Counted from the first letter of the stretch, positions 1-12,703 are shown. The stretch: 64,000 bases of DNA from Nitrospirota bacterium (GCA_963705595.1 CAVPKD010000007.1:2640-66639); one strand, 5' to 3'. Numbers and translations are program-made. Notes: generated by a model not told the origin, from the sequence alone.

Positions 1-430
1 ATACTCTCCGTCGCATTTGCTCTCGCTCTCCGCATTTGTCGTAGCGATCATCGCCGAGACGGGGAGGGTGCCGGTCGACAACCCGGACACGCATCTCGAG
101 CTCACCATGATCCACGAAGGAATGATCCTGGAATATTCGGGCCGTTATCTGGCGCTCATGGAATGGGCTCACTACATGAAGCAGATGGTCCTTTTTACGC
201 TGGCAGTCGATATCTTCTTCCCCACGGGAATTGCCAATAATGTTGCATTTGCTGGGCTTATCCTCCCGCTCGGCATCTACGCGGCCAAGATGCTCGGGAT
301 GGCCGTCCTCATGGCGGCGGTCGAGTCCACGCGCGCAAAGGTGCGCTTCTTCCAGCTTCCGTCGATCCTCGGAGGAGCCTTTGTCCTTGCGTTCCTGTCG
401 CTCGTGACGCATATCATGATGGGGAAGTGA
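1..430 (+). CDS. hyfC: HyfC/EhrB-like (complex I NuoH family) membrane subunit, Ehr operon 1, 5'-truncated by window edge
   Basis: AETGRVPVDNPDTHLELTMIHEGMILEYSG is the NuoH/HycD/HyfC signature; paralog at 7523-8468. Confidence 0.9.
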   Translation, partial: YSPSHLLSLSAFVVAIIAETGRVPVDNPDTHLELTMIHEGMILEYSGRYLALMEWAHYMKQMVLFTLAVDIFFPTGIANNVAFAGLILPLGIYAAKMLGMAVLMAAVESTRAKVRFFQLPSILGGAFVLAFLSLVTHIMMGK

Positions 431-600
431 CGATGTACGGTGAATGTCGAATTGAACATTGAAGATCGGAGACTAAGGAATACATTCACCCCTGAGGCCA
501 TGAGGTCACTGAAAAAAACATTGCGATGTTTTACCTCTGTGTGCCCTGTTTCTCTGCGGGGACAACTTTAGTGCTCATCTTTAAAAGAAGGGTTCGCGTT

Positions 601-1261
601 ATGAAAGTCTGGCTTGAAGCATTCTCGATAATCTGATTTCATTTCCGTCGGCATTCTCCTGACGGCCGTCACCCTGAACGCCTTCAAGAGCATCGAGTCC
701 TATGTGAAGGCATACACGATCAATTCCTGGCTCCTGTCTGGCTTGATCGCCGTGGTAGCGGTCCTCGTGGGCGAGACGCACCTCTATATCGCGGCTCTGC
801 TCACGCTCACCACGAAGGGGATCATCATACCGCTTTTCCTGCGGAGGATCGTGCGCCAGATGCGGGTGACGCACGAAGTGCAGCCTTACATCAGCAACTC
901 CGTGTCGCTTGCCATCTCGGGCATTCTCGTGGCCGTGGTGTATGCGTCGCTCAAGGACGGCATCTTCGTCACCGGGTTTTCAAGGAACGTGCTCCAGATA
1001 TCCATCGCCGTGATCCTTATCAGCCTCTTCATCATGATCACGAGAAAAAAGGCGTTGACTCAGGCGATAGGGCTTCTGTTCATGGAGAACGGACTGTTCC
1101 TCGCGGGGTTCTCTTTGACCTTCGGCATGCCGACGATAATCGAGCTCGGCGTTCTTTTCGACATGCTGATGGGCGTGATCATTCTGGGGATCTTTGCCAT
1201 CCAGATCAAGCGGGCCTTTGCATCGGCAGATCTGGACAAGCTTACGGTGCTTAAGGGATAG
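601..1261 (+). CDS. hyfE: HyfE/EhrC-like membrane subunit (frameshift near 620-640)
   Basis: C-terminal ITRKKALTQAIGLLFMENG and ELGVLFD motifs; hydrophobic frame FISVGILLTAVTLNAF extends upstream of ORF 704 toward ATG 601. Confidence 0.8.
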
Positions 1262-1312
1262 GACGTTCGGAGTGCAGAGCACACAGCCCAAGTTAAGGTA
1301 GAGAGGATATAC

Positions 1313-2804
1313 GTGGTCACCATACTGATCATACCGGTCGTAACTGCCTTCATATGCTATGTGATGAGGAATGCACGCTTAATCGGCTACGTGAGCCTCG
1401 TCGGCACTGCCGCTCTGGCGCTGTATGCCTATCCGACGGTTGCGGCATCCATTTCCGCGCCGGTTGCGGCCATGGGCGGAGCATTCTCGATGGACGCTCT
1501 CTCGGGTTATATCATGGCGATCGTGATTTGCCTGAGCCTCGCATCGGCGATCTACTCCATCAGCTACCTCGAGCACGAGCTTGAAGCGGGGCTCATTGAT
1601 CTCCGCGGGGTCAGGCGCTATTACGGCCTGTTGCAGCTTTTCATCTTCACCATGCTTATCGTGACCATGGCGAACAATCTGGCGATCATGTGGATCGGGA
1701 TCGAGGCCACGACGATCGTGTCGGCCCTTCTCATCGGGCTCGGGTTCCATAAGCGGCCTCTGGCGATCGAGGCGGCCTGGAAATACATCATCCTCTGCAC
1801 GGTCGGCATCACCTTCGCGCTACTCGGGACCTTCATCGCCTACTATGCTTCCACGGCGGTCATGGGGACTGAAGGGGCGCTCAACTGGACGGCGCTCAAA
1901 ACCGTGGCCCCACGGCTTAATCCCATAGACCATGAAGCTCGCATTCATTTTCGTGCTCGTGGGTTACGGTACCAAGGCCGGCCTGGCGCCGGTGCATAAT
2001 TGGCTGCCGGACGCGCACAGCCAGGCACCCAGCCCCATCAGCGCGCTGCTCTCGGGGATCCTCCTGAACACGGCATTCTACGGGATCATGCGCTTTGTAT
2101 CTATCGTCGAACCGTCGACGGGAGAAGCGTTCACCGGCAACCTGTTGATCATCTTCGGGCTCATCTCAGTCGGCATCGCGGCCATATTCATCCTGGTGCA
2201 GGAGAACTACAAGCGGCTCCTTGCGTACAGCAGCATCGAACACATGGGCATCATCTCCCTCGGCGTCGGCATCGGCGGACCAATCGGCATCTATGGGGCC
2301 CTCCTTCATATCCTGAACCACGCGCTGGCAAAGCCGCTCATGTTCTTCGCCTCGGGAAAGATCCAGGCGCGCTTCGGCTCGACGAACATTGCGAACGTGA
2401 ACGGCGTACTCTCTTCCATGCCGCTCCTCGGCACGTTGACCTTCATCGGCGCTTTGTCGCTTTCGGGCACGCCACCCTTCAACATTTTCGTGAGCGAGTT
2501 CACGGTGCTGAAGGCAGCGGTCGATAGGGGGCTCTGGCCCCTGGTGATCCTCTTCCTTCTCTTCGTCGTCATCGTGTTCTACGGGGTCCTGTCAGGTTTC
2601 GGAAAGATGCTGTTAGGAAAGCCGGAAGAAGCGTCAGGCGTTCCGGCAGAGCATCATCATGTCGCAGGCTATAATGCCGGCAATGCTCTCGGCAATGGGG
2701 TCATGATCATTATGGCGCTAGCGGTAATCGTTATGGGCTTCAAAGTTCCCGGGTTTATCGACAGCACTATCAGGACCTGCGTTCAAGTCCTCGGAGTAAA
2801 TTGA
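1313..2804 (+). CDS. hyfF: HyfF/EhrD-like antiporter-type (NuoM/MrpD family) subunit, split by a frameshift near 1925
   Basis: ORFs 1313-1999 (WIGIEATT, EAAWKYIILC) and 1932-2804 (GYGTKAGLAPVHNWLPDAHSQAPSPISALLSG, KRLLAYSSIEHMG) join into one HyfF. Confidence 0.88.
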
Positions 2805-4372
2805 TGGAGAACATCTTCAAGAAAGCGGTATCGACGCGGGAGCATCACAACGAGGTCTTTATCGAGGTCAGGAAAGAGGACTTCAAGGACGTCTGCGTGC
2901 ATCTCCATGCCAGGCAGCATGCGCTCCTGCGCCTCATGTTCGCAGCGGATGAACGGGAGAAAGACGGCCTTTTTCGGATTTATACCGTATTCACCATCCC
3001 TGGCGTGGACAGGTTTTACTTCATCGTGCTACCCATACGGGAACAGGATCCCTCCTTCCCGTCCATTACGAGCTCGATCCCCGCGGCCCACTGGTACGAG
3101 CGCGAGATCAACGATATGGTTGGACTTGTGCCGCACGGGCATCCCGACCAGCGCAGGCTTGTTTTCCATGAATCATTCCCCATGCGTTCTCATCCGCTCC
3201 GGAAAGATTGGAAGATCACGGAATCGGATGCCAAGGAGTGGGGAGAGGGAACGACGATAAAGGTTCCCCATCCTTTCATGGAGGTCGAAGGCGAAGGAGT
3301 CGTCCAGATCCCCGTTGGCCCGGTTCATGCAGGCATCATCGAGCCCGGACACTTCCGGTTCAGCGCCGTGGGGGAGACCATTTTCTTCCTCGAGCCTCGT
3401 TTGTTCTATACTCATAAGGGTACGGAGAAACATTTCGAGACCCTGGGCTTTATCGAAGGGGTGAAGCTCGCTGAGCGTGTTTCCGGTACCTCATCCTTCT
3501 CCCATGGTGCAGCATACTGCATGGCGGTTGAGCGGATGACGGGGGCCGAAATCACGGAAAAGGCATCTGCTGTGAGGACCCTCCTGCTCGAACTCGAACG
3601 TATCTACAATCATGTCGGGGACATCGGGAACATGTGCGCGGGAACGGCGCTCGCCGTGGGATACATGAAGGGCGCGGTAATCAAAGAACAGCTCATGCAG
3701 CTCAATGAACGGCTCACGGGCAGCAGGTATCTGCGCGGAGTGAACGTGGTCGGCGGCGTCACCAGGGATGTATTTGCTCAGGCCGATGATATCCTTAAGA
3801 CCCTTGATATCGCTACCAGAGGTTATAAAGAGCTTATGCAGCTTTTGCTCGGGTCGGTATCGCACATCGAACGGCTCCAGAACACGGGCAAGCTGTCCAA
3901 GGACATCGCAATGAAGCTTGGCGTCACGGGCGTGGCTGCGCGCGCGTCTGGTCTTAACGATGATATGAGAAAGTCCCATCCTCATCTTCTGTACGACCGG
4001 CTGATCTTCGAATCCCACACTCACGAAAAGGGCGACGTGTTCGCGCGCATGATGATACGTGGTGAAGAAACGGAATGCTCCATATCCATGATCCAGGCGC
4101 TCATTGAAAGCGGATATAAGGGCGAACTTGCTGTTCCGGTGCAACAGGCCGCTGCCTATGCGTCGGGACTGGGCTATGCTGAGACGCCGCGCGGTTCGGT
4201 GTTCTACTGGGTCATGGCTGATAAGGAAGGGAAGCCGTTTCGCGTAAAATTCCGCTCACCGTCCTATTGCAACTGGCCCGCGGTGCCCTTTGCGGTCCAT
4301 GGGAACATCGTGCCCGATTTCCCTCTCTGCAACAAGAGCTTTAACTTGTCGTATTCAGGGACGGATATGTAG
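2804..4372 (+). CDS. ehrL: EhrL large subunit (NuoC-NuoD/HycE-like fusion) lacking NiFe-binding cysteines
   Basis: WYERE...GHP, GPVHAGIIEPGHFRF, HKG; has ERVSGTSSFSH in place of RxCxxC and DFPLCNKSFNLSYSG in place of DPCxxC. Confidence 0.88.
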   Translation: MENIFKKAVSTREHHNEVFIEVRKEDFKDVCVHLHARQHALLRLMFAADEREKDGLFRIYTVFTIPGVDRFYFIVLPIREQDPSFPSITSSIPAAHWYEREINDMVGLVPHGHPDQRRLVFHESFPMRSHPLRKDWKITESDAKEWGEGTTIKVPHPFMEVEGEGVVQIPVGPVHAGIIEPGHFRFSAVGETIFFLEPRLFYTHKGTEKHFETLGFIEGVKLAERVSGTSSFSHGAAYCMAVERMTGAEITEKASAVRTLLLELERIYNHVGDIGNMCAGTALAVGYMKGAVIKEQLMQLNERLTGSRYLRGVNVVGGVTRDVFAQADDILKTLDIATRGYKELMQLLLGSVSHIERLQNTGKLSKDIAMKLGVTGVAARASGLNDDMRKSHPHLLYDRLIFESHTHEKGDVFARMMIRGEETECSISMIQALIESGYKGELAVPVQQAAAYASGLGYAETPRGSVFYWVMADKEGKPFRVKFRSPSYCNWPAVPFAVHGNIVPDFPLCNKSFNLSYSGTDM

Positions 4373-4450
4373 AGAATCCCTAAGGGGTAAGGTGTCAGTC
4401 GTATGGAGTATGCAGGAGCCGAAGGATTCGGCCTGTGCGGATGAACGATC

Positions 4451-4523
4451 GACAGGATAACGGGATTAACAGGATTGATGCCTTGGTTTTGAAAAATCCC
4501 GTACATCTTGTCAACCCTGTCAA
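4451..4523. repeat. Intercistronic inverted element with 9-nt periodic arms
   Basis: ACAGGATAA-CGGGATTAA-CAGGATT ... AATCCCGTA-CATCTTGTC-AACCCTGTC. Confidence 0.75.
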
Positions 4524-4559
4524 AGAGATTTGCATTTTATCATTACTTGAAGGCAAGAA

Positions 4560-5084
4560 ATGTTAAAAGAGATCATAAATAATATTGTACAAAAAAAACA
4601 GGTCATTCCTTTTCCCGAGGGATTCACCGTCACGCCTGAGCAGGCGGCGAAGATTGTTGACATTCAGAGGAAAATTGATACAATCTTCGGGAGGTCGCTT
4701 CGGATCAGGCAGATCGATGCGGGCTCGTGCAATGCCTGTGAATGGGAATGCACGGCGCTCACCAATCCCATCTACGATATCCAGCGGTTCGGCATCGACT
4801 TCGTCGCGTCACCGCGGCACGCCGACGTGCTGCTCGTGACCGGCCCGGTGTCGCGCCAGATGGAGCTTGCGCTGAAGAGGACGTACATCGCGACTCCTGA
4901 GCCGAAGCTTGTTGTAGCGTGCGGTGATTGCGCGAAAGACGGCGGTATATATAAAGGAAGCTACGCGGTCACGAACGGGGTTGAAAACGTTGTTCCCGTC
5001 GACGGCTACATCCCGGGATGTCCGCCGACGCCTATCGCGATCTTGTTGGGGCTTTCCCAGCTCATCGATAGACGCACTAAATAA
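4560..5084 (+). CDS. ehrS: EhrS small Fe-S subunit (NuoB/HycG family)
   Basis: GSCNACE, ASPRHAD, ACGDC and GCPP motifs. Confidence 0.9.
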   Translation: MLKEIINNIVQKKQVIPFPEGFTVTPEQAAKIVDIQRKIDTIFGRSLRIRQIDAGSCNACEWECTALTNPIYDIQRFGIDFVASPRHADVLLVTGPVSRQMELALKRTYIATPEPKLVVACGDCAKDGGIYKGSYAVTNGVENVVPVDGYIPGCPPTPIAILLGLSQLIDRRTK

Positions 5085-5124
5085 GCTGAAGAAGCCAAGC
5101 GTTATGATCCCGTAAAAAACGGAT

Positions 5125-5203
5125 TTACCACTGAGTCATAGTGTCACAGGGGTTTTTTTATTCACAGCACGTTTTATGCCGTGCCTTAGTTTCTCTGTAG
5201 CAG
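5125..5203. repeat. Intercistronic inverted element, ACCACAGAG-type
   Basis: TTACCACTGAGTCATAGTGTCACAGGGG ... CCGTGCCTTAGTTTCTCTGTAGCAG. Confidence 0.65.
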
Positions 5204-5294
5204 ATTTTCTTTTTTTAAATGTATCAGACGCGGTTAAGAGATGAAATGATCGGTTTCAGGTCAAAGATGCAGGGATACTCCGGGAGGTAGGGAC

Positions 5295-7339
5295 GTGCTT
5301 CTTTCACCTATCAGCATCATATCCTTGTCTTTTGCTGTGCTTCTGCTCCTGCTTGCGCTAACGCCGTTCCTGCGCAATAACCAACGGCTCCTCATTAATT
5401 CTGGTTTTTCCCTTACCACCATCGCTTCTCTTCTTGCCACTGTTGCAGGTGTCTGGACCGTGGCAAGCGGCGACACTTATCAGGCTCATTCTGCCTATCG
5501 GTCTGCCCGACCTTCCGTTTCATCTCAGGCTCGACCTCCTGTCGGGTTATTTCCTCGTAGTCATCGGACTGCTGGCCTTTTTCGTGTCCATCTATTCCAT
5601 CGGGTACGTCAAGGGGTTTCTGGGCCACCGGTCGATAACCAGCCTGGTGGTTTTTTATGCCTTCTTTCTCGCGGGGATGTTCCTCGTCGTCCTGGCCGAT
5701 GACGCCTTGTTCTTCCTGATCGCCTGGGAGATGATGGCTGCGGCTTCGTACTTCCTGGTGCTCTTCGAGGATGAGCGTATCGAGAACAGGAGGGCCGCTT
5801 TTCTGTATCTCGTCGTCGCCCACGTGGGCGCGATCGCGATCCTTCTGTCCTTCGGCGTCATGGCGGGTCTTGCCACAGGTTTCAAGGGATTTGAAGGCTA
5901 TACCTTCGATGCCATGCGCGAGACCGATCTCCCCGCGGGATGGGCAACGGTGGCTTTTCTTCTCGCCTTCTTCGGGTTTGCGGCCAAGGCCGGCGTGATC
6001 CCTCTCCATGTCTGGCTGCCCGAGGCGCACCCGGTCGCACCGTCGAATGTCTCCGCGCTCATGAGCGGGGTGATGCTCAAGACCGCCATCTACGGGATCG
6101 TGCGGGTCGTCTTCGACCTCATCGGCGATTTTCCCTGGTGGTGGGGCGCCCTCGTCCTGGTCTTCGGCCTCGTGTCCGCGGTCATGGGCGTTCTCTACGC
6201 CCTGATGCAGCACGATCTGAAAAGGCTTCTTGCGTACCATTCCGTGGAGAACATCGGCATCATCCTCATCGGCATCGGTCTCGCCATGATCTTCACCTCC
6301 TTCGATATGTCCCTCCTGGCCGCCCTGGCGCTGATCGCCGGTCTCTATCACACGTTGAACCACGCCATGTTCAAGGGGCTCCTCTTCATGGGAGCCGGCG
6401 CCGTGCTCCACGCCACGCATGAGCGGAACATGGAGGAGATGGGCGGCCTCATCCGCTTCATGCCCTGGACCGCCGTGCTTCTTCCTGGTCGGCTGCATCT
6501 CGATCTCGGCGCTTCCGCCCTTTAACGGATTCGTGTCGGAGTGGCTCACGTACCAGGCGTTCCTGCTTTCGCCTGCGCTTCCCAGTCCGCTCCTGAACCT
6601 GCTCATCCCGCTGGGGGCCGCGCTCCTGGCGCTCACGAGCGCGCTTGCCGCCGCCTGTTTCGTGAAGGCCTTCGGCGTGACGTTTCTGGGACACCAGCGC
6701 GGTCACCATCATGGCCACGTCCATGAGGTGCGCTGGTCCATGCGGATCGGCATGATGCTTGCCGCCCTCACCTGTCTCGGCCTCGGCGTTCTGCCGACGT
6801 TCATGATCAAATGGATGGACCCCCTCGCCGAGGAACTGGTCGGCGGCACGATCGCCTCATCGGCATCGGGCTTCGGCTGGATGTGGCTCACGCCGATTGC
6901 GGCCGAACGGGCCTCTTATTCAGCGCCCATCGCATTTCTGGGCATCCTGTCCGTCGTGATCATAACCTATCTGCTGCTCCATACGCGGCCCGGGGCCATC
7001 CACCGGGTGCCGCTCTGGGACTGCGGATTTGAAAAGATAACCAACCGGATGCAGTATACGGCCACGTCCTTTTCCATGCCCTTACGCAGGATATTCGGCT
7101 TTCTCTTCAGCATCAAGGAGCATGTACGGCAGCTTCCGCCCGCAACGCATCCGGCCTTTCCCGAGCGCCTGCATTACCATCTCCGGGTGCGGGACCGTTT
7201 CTGGGGCTGGTTCTACCAGCCCGTGGTCGATGCAAGCTTCTGGCTTTCCCGCAGGATCGGAAGGATGCAGCATGGCCGTATCCAGATGTATCTTATCTAT
7301 TCGTTCGTGACGATCCTTGTGCTTCTGATATTTTCATGA
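5295..7339 (+). CDS. hyfB: HyfB/EhrA-like antiporter-type subunit, Ehr operon 2 (frameshifts near 5480 and 6480)
   Basis: GTG with GGAGG RBS; AWEMM, KAGVIPLHVWLPEAHPVAPSNVSALMSG, KRLLAYHSVENIG, PPFNGFVSEW, WDCG...RMQYTATSF across three ORFs. Confidence 0.88.
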
Positions 7340-7364
7340 TGAATAGTAATACGCAAAGAAAAAA

Positions 7365-7480
7365 TTGCTACAGAGTCACTGAGACACGAAGGAGATCTTA
7401 AACCTTTGATGATAAAACATAATACTATAATCTCGAAATAATGATTCCGCTTCTCTCCGTGTCTAGTAGCGTCTATGAGG
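7365..7480. repeat. Intercistronic inverted element, ACCACAGAG-type
   Basis: GCTACAGAGTCACTGAGACACGAAG ... CTCCGTGTCTAGTAGCGTCTATGAGG. Confidence 0.65.
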
Positions 7481-7522
7481 TTCCATTGTTGATTTCAGCT
7501 TCATCCGTTGAGGAGTCTTTAG

Positions 7523-8468
7523 TTGAACATTTATCCGTTTCTCATAGAGATCGTGCAGATCGCCGTCCTTCTCGCCCTGGCCCCTGCTGTTCGCGGGGTG
7601 GGTGAAGATGGTGAAGTGCTGGTTCCAGGGCCGTACGTCTCCGAGCCTGTTCCAGCCCTACCGGGACATCATGAAGCTCTTCTCAAAGGACGTGACGCTG
7701 GCCGAGAACGCATCGTGGATCTTCCGGTTCACGCCCTATCTCGTATTCGGCGTATCGGTCATGGCCGGCGGGATCATTCCCATCATTTCCACGGACCTGC
7801 CGCTGTCGGCTACGGCCGATGTCATCGCCCTCGTCGCGCTCTTTGCCATCGCGCGGTTCTTTACCGCTCTGGCCGGCATGGACATCGGCACCGCCTTCGG
7901 CGGCATGGGGTCGAGCCGGGAAATGACCATCGCCTCCCTGGCCGAGCCCGCCATGCTCATGGCCGTCTTTGCCGTTTCCCTGGTGAGCAAGTCCACGTCC
8001 CTGTCCCAGATGGCCGCCGTCATTTCCCAGGGGCACACCATGCTGAGGCCGTCGCTTGTCTTTGCGCTCTTGGCGTTCATTCTCATCGCTCTTGCCGAGA
8101 CGGGGAGGGTGCCGGTGGACAACCCGGCAACTCATCTGGAACTCACCATGATCCACGAGGCCATGATCCTCGAATATTCCGGCAGGCACCTCGCCCTGAT
8201 CGAGTGGGCGAGCATGATGAAACTCTTTCTCTTCACGGTCCTGGGAATCGCGTCCTTTTTCCCGTGGGGGATCGCTCCGAATGATGACCTGGCAGCCGTC
8301 TTCGCTGCCTTTCCGGTCCTGCTGATCAAGCTCGGGATCGTCGGCATCGGTCTGGTGCTGATCGAGACCGGTCTGGCGAAGATGAGGATATTCCGCATAA
8401 CCGAATTTCTCGGGAGTGCTTTTCTCTTTGCCACGCTCGGGATGCTGTCGTATTTTATGCTGGAATGA
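7523..8468 (+). CDS. hyfC: HyfC/EhrB-like subunit, operon 2 (frameshift near 7600)
   Basis: FQPYRDIMKLFSK, FGGMGSSRE, AETGRVPVDNPATHLELTMIHEAMILEYSG. Confidence 0.88.
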
Positions 8469-8478
8469 AATCGGATTC

Positions 8479-8548
8479 GGCCACAGAATCTCAGGGACAC
8501 GGATGATTCAGAAGTTCTTCATCCGCGAACTCTATCGTCTCTGCGATT
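8479..8548. repeat. Intercistronic inverted element, ACCACAGAG-type
   Basis: GCCACAGAATCTCAGGGACACGGATGA ... TCATCCGCGAACTCTATCGTCTCTGCG. Confidence 0.65.
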
Positions 8549-8582
8549 CGCACTTAGGTCAGGAATGAAAAGAGGAAATCGT

Positions 8583-9249
8583 ATGAACACCCAGCTTGCA
8601 TCGCAGATCAACAGTCTTCTCGCAGCACTGATCCTTCTGACGGCATTCGGCCTGGTCGTGCAGCGCAGGATGAACGCGCTGCTCCACCTGTTCGCGTGGC
8701 AGGGGTTCCTGCTTGCCGTGAGCACCGCCATCGTCGGGTTATGTGGGCGGAGTGCATGATCTGTACATCTCTTCAATCCTGACGCTCTCCATGAAGGTCG
8801 TTCTCCTGCCGTACATTTTGCATAAACTTATCGTGAAATTGAAGATCCATAAGGAAGTGGAGACGGTCGTGAATATCCCGACCACCATGCTGATGGGGAT
8901 CGTTCTGGTGATCTTTTCCTATCATCTTACCGCGCCGATCAGGGAGCTTTCGACCCTCGTGACCCGTTCGACCCTCGCGGTGGCCCTCGCCACGGTCATG
9001 CTCGGCTTCCTGATGATGATCACCCGAAAACACGCGGTCACCCAGATCATCGGGTTCCTCGCCATGGAGAACGGGCTCCTGTTCGCCGCCACGAGCGCGA
9101 CCTACGGCATGCCGCTCGTGGTCGAGCTGGGCGTGGCCCTGGACCTTTTGATCGCGGCCTTCATCTTCGGGATGTTCTTTTTCCATATCAGCACCACCTT
9201 CGACAGCCTTGATGTGGACCAGATGGCGAGGCTGAAGGAAGAGGATTGA
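8583..9249 (+). CDS. hyfE: HyfE/EhrC-like subunit, operon 2 (frameshift near 8745)
   Basis: MNTQLAS...FAWQG joined to ITRKHAVTQIIGFLAMENG...ELGVALD. Confidence 0.85.
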
Positions 9250-9422
9250 TGCGGGCATGCATGCAAAGTACCAAACCTACGAGAACATAAAATGCCAAAC
9301 ATCATCTCGCAATGGTGCAGTGGACGCAGAAAGAAGATTCAAGATAGATATTTCAGTGCAGATTTCAACGTTGCGAACGTTATGCCTCTGTGAGGATATG
9401 AATTTAACGAATTGAGGTTTTA

Positions 9423-10872
9423 ATGTCCCTTCTCATTCTCTTAGGTCGTTCCTCTTGTCGCGTCCCTGGCGCTGGCCTTCATCGGCGACCGGAAGCTTGC
9501 GCCCGAGGTGAACATCCTCGGCTCTGCTGCCACCTTTGCGGCAAGCATCGTGCTGGCGCTCCAGGTCTACGAGCAGGGGCCGATCCTGGCATGGAACAAT
9601 TTCTTCTTCGTCGACGCCTTCAGTGTCTACCTGACGGTGCTCACTGCGTTCGTCTCCATGACCACCGCCATCTTCAGCAGGCGGTACATGCGCCGCGAGC
9701 GCGAGCACGGCACCATCGGCCACCGGAGGATTCGCTTCTACCACGCCATGTTCCAGCTCTTCATCTTCGCCATGCTGCTCTGCCTCCTGACGAACAACGT
9801 GGGCATTCTCTGGATCGCCATGGAGCTGGCCACGCTGTCCACGGTCCTCCTCGTGTCCCTCTACCGCACGCCCGCCGCGATCGAGGCGGCATGGAAATAT
9901 TTCATTCTCTGCGGCGTGGGCATCGCCCTGGCGCTGTTCGGGACCGTGCTTCTGTACTTTGCCGCGGAAAAGGTGCTCGGCGCGGGCGGCGCGGCGCTTC
10001 ACTGGACGAACCTCGCCCAGGTGAGCGACCAGCTCGAGCCGACCATCCTGTCCCTGGCCTTCGTGTTCCTCATGGTGGGATACGGCACCAAGGTGGGGCT
10101 CGTGCCGATCCACAACTGGCTTCCCGACGCTCACAGCGAAGGTCCGACACCCATCTCGGCCGTGCTTTCGGGACTCCTGCTCAATATCGCCCTGTACGCG
10201 CTGGTCCGCTGCAAGGTGCTGGTGGACGGCTCCACGGGCACGCACCATTCAGGAGACATCATGATGGGCTTCGGCATCATCTCGATCATTGTCGCTTCCT
10301 TCTCCCTCTTGCGGCAGAAGGACATCAAGCGGCTGTTTGCTTATTCATCCATCGAGCACATGGGCATCGCCACGTTTGCCTTCGGCCTGGGCGGGCCGGT
10401 AGCCACCTTCGGCGCATTGCTTCACATGCTGGTCCACAGTCTGACCAAGTCGTCCATCTTCTTCACGGTGGGCCACGCCTCGCAGATGCACCGGACGCAG
10501 GAGATGGACAGGATCAAAGGGCTCATCAGGGGAAATCCGTTAGTCGGGTGGGGACTGGCGCTCGGGGTCATGGCGATCGTGGGAATGCCGCCCTTCGGGG
10601 TGTTCACGAGCGAGTTCCTGATACTCACCGCCACGATCAAGGACGCGCCACTCTTCGCGCCATTCCTCCTTCTGGGGCTCGGAGTGTCCTTTGCAGCCCT
10701 CTTCAGGAAGGTGCAGCCCATGGTCGCCGGTGAGGTGCCGCCGTATCAGAAACACTTGAAGGCAGCACATGTTCCGGTGATATTGCATATGGTCGTGGTA
10801 CTGGTTCTCGGCCTGTATATGCCGAAATTTCTCGCCGGCTGGTTCCAGACGGCAGTGGGTATCTTGAAATGA
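9423..10872 (+). CDS. hyfF: HyfF/EhrD-like subunit, operon 2 (frameshift near 9445)
   Basis: WIAMELATL, EAAWKYFILC, GYGTKVGLVPIHNWLPDAHSEGPTP, KRLFAYSSIEHMG. Confidence 0.88.
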
Positions 10873-10900
10873 GGCTGTTTCGTTGATTGAAAAAACATTT

Positions 10901-11054
10901 TTCCACAGAGGCATGGAGAGAAGCTCAAACCTTTGACATGGGAAAGACATGATTCCTTATGATTAACACGGAGAGAATCATAGTTCGTCAGGGTAAATCA
11001 GTGTCAAGGAATTTGATCGTTATTTTTTCTCCGTGTCCTCAGTGACCCTGTGGT
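10901..11054. repeat. Intercistronic inverted element, ACCACAGAG-type
   Basis: CCACAGAGGCATGGAG...ACACGGAGA ... TCTCCGTGTCCTCAGTGACCCTGTGG. Confidence 0.7.
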
Positions 11055-11084
11055 GCTGTGTTCTCTTTTTACGAGTGAGCTAGA

Positions 11085-12659
11085 ATGAGCAAACTAAAAG
11101 AAACCATACTATCAACATTCGGCGCAGACGCGAAGCAGGATGAAGGCCAGCATCCTTCTTCCGTTGTTTCCCTCCTCGTGCCGAGGGAGAGGTTTGCAGA
11201 AGCGGCGAGGGTGCTCAAGAAGGAATACGCCTTGCTCGCGGCCGAGTGGGCGACGGATGAGACCCCGTTCGGAAGGGGATTCGGAATCTATCGCCTGCTA
11301 TCGGCATGAGTCGGAATACCTCATCGTTAAGACATTCGCGCCTCTGGATGATCCGACATTCCCGAGTCTGACGAAAAAGTTTGTTCCTGCCTACCGGTTC
11401 GAGCGCCAGATGAAAAGCCTTATGGGTGTGACTGCCGTTGGCCATCCTGACCAGCGTCCCTGGATAAAACACGAAGACTGGCCCGAGGACGCCTGGCCGC
11501 TCAGGAAGATCATTTAATGCGTCGAAATCGCTGCCACGAGTCCCGGGCGAATACCGCTGGATACGGGCCGAAGGGGAAGGTGTCTATGAGATCCCCGTCG
11601 GGCCCGTGCACGCTGGTATCATCGAGCCCGGCCATTTCCGCTTTCAGGCCATGGGAGAGGACATCATCAACCTGGAAGAGAAACTAGGGTACGTGCATAA
11701 AGGGATCGAAAAGAGGTTCGAGTCCTTCTCATGGAACGAGGCGGCACGTCTGGCAGGCAGGGTGTCGGGCGATACCACGGTCGCGCATTGCCTGGCCTAC
11801 TCGCGGGCAGTGGAGGCTATGACCGGATGCATGCCTCCGGAGCGTGCGCTGTGGCTTCGGGCCTTGTTCCTCGAGCGGGAGCGTATCGCCAACCATCTCG
11901 GAGACCTGGGCGCCATCTGTAATGACGTGGCCTTCGCGTTCCTCCTGTATCAGTTCATGCGGCTCAAGGAGGCGCTCCTGCGCACGAACCTCAAGCTCTT
12001 CGGCCACCGGTTTATGATGGACAAGGTCGTTCCGGGCGGGGTGGCCGTAGATATCGATGCAGAAGGGGTAAAGACGATCCTTGCGGAAATGGACTGGCTG
12101 GCGAAGGAGTTCGAGCGGCTGGTGATCATCTACGATGAAAATTCATCTGTTGAGGACCGGGTGAGGGACACCGGCATGCTCAGATCAGAACAGGCGCGGG
12201 ACCTCGTGCGTGGTGGGTTTCGTGGCGCGGGCAAGCGGGCTGAACCTTGACTGCCGCATTCATCATCCGTTCCCTCCCTATGACCGCATCAGCGTGAGCG
12301 TACCGGTGCTTGTCTCCGGTGATGTCCATGCCCGGGCATGGGTCAGGGTGGAAGAGATCAGGGATTCCATGCGGATCATCCGGGAGATACTGAAAACCCT
12401 CCCGGATGGTGGAATGACATCCTCCGTGAACGCGCCGCTGCCGGACAGATCCGGATTTGCCGCTGTCGAAGGCTGGCGCGGAGAGATCATCTACTGGGTC
12501 CAGTCCGGTCCGAAGGGGGAGATCAACCGCTGCATGGTCAGGGACCCGTCGAGCGTGAACTGGCTGGGGCTTGAGCAGTGCATCCACGGGAACATCGTTC
12601 CCGACTTCCCGGTGTGCAACAAGAGCTTTAACCAATCGTATTCCGGGAATGATCTGTGA
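11085..12659 (+). CDS. ehrL: EhrL large subunit, operon 2 (frameshifts near 11290, 11515, 12210)
   Basis: RFERQMKSLMG..GHPD, HAGIIEPGHFRF, GRVSGDTTVAH (no Cys pair), DFPVCNKSFNQSYSGNDL. Confidence 0.85.
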
Positions 12660-12703
12660 GAGAACGAGAATATTAATCTGGACACGGCGTAATGATGTGC
12701 TTG

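Noticed and set aside
2804-12659. Group 4 [NiFe] hydrogenase / formate hydrogenlyase
   Set aside because: Both large subunits lack the RxCxxC and DPCxxC ligands; no hyp or maturation protease genes nearby
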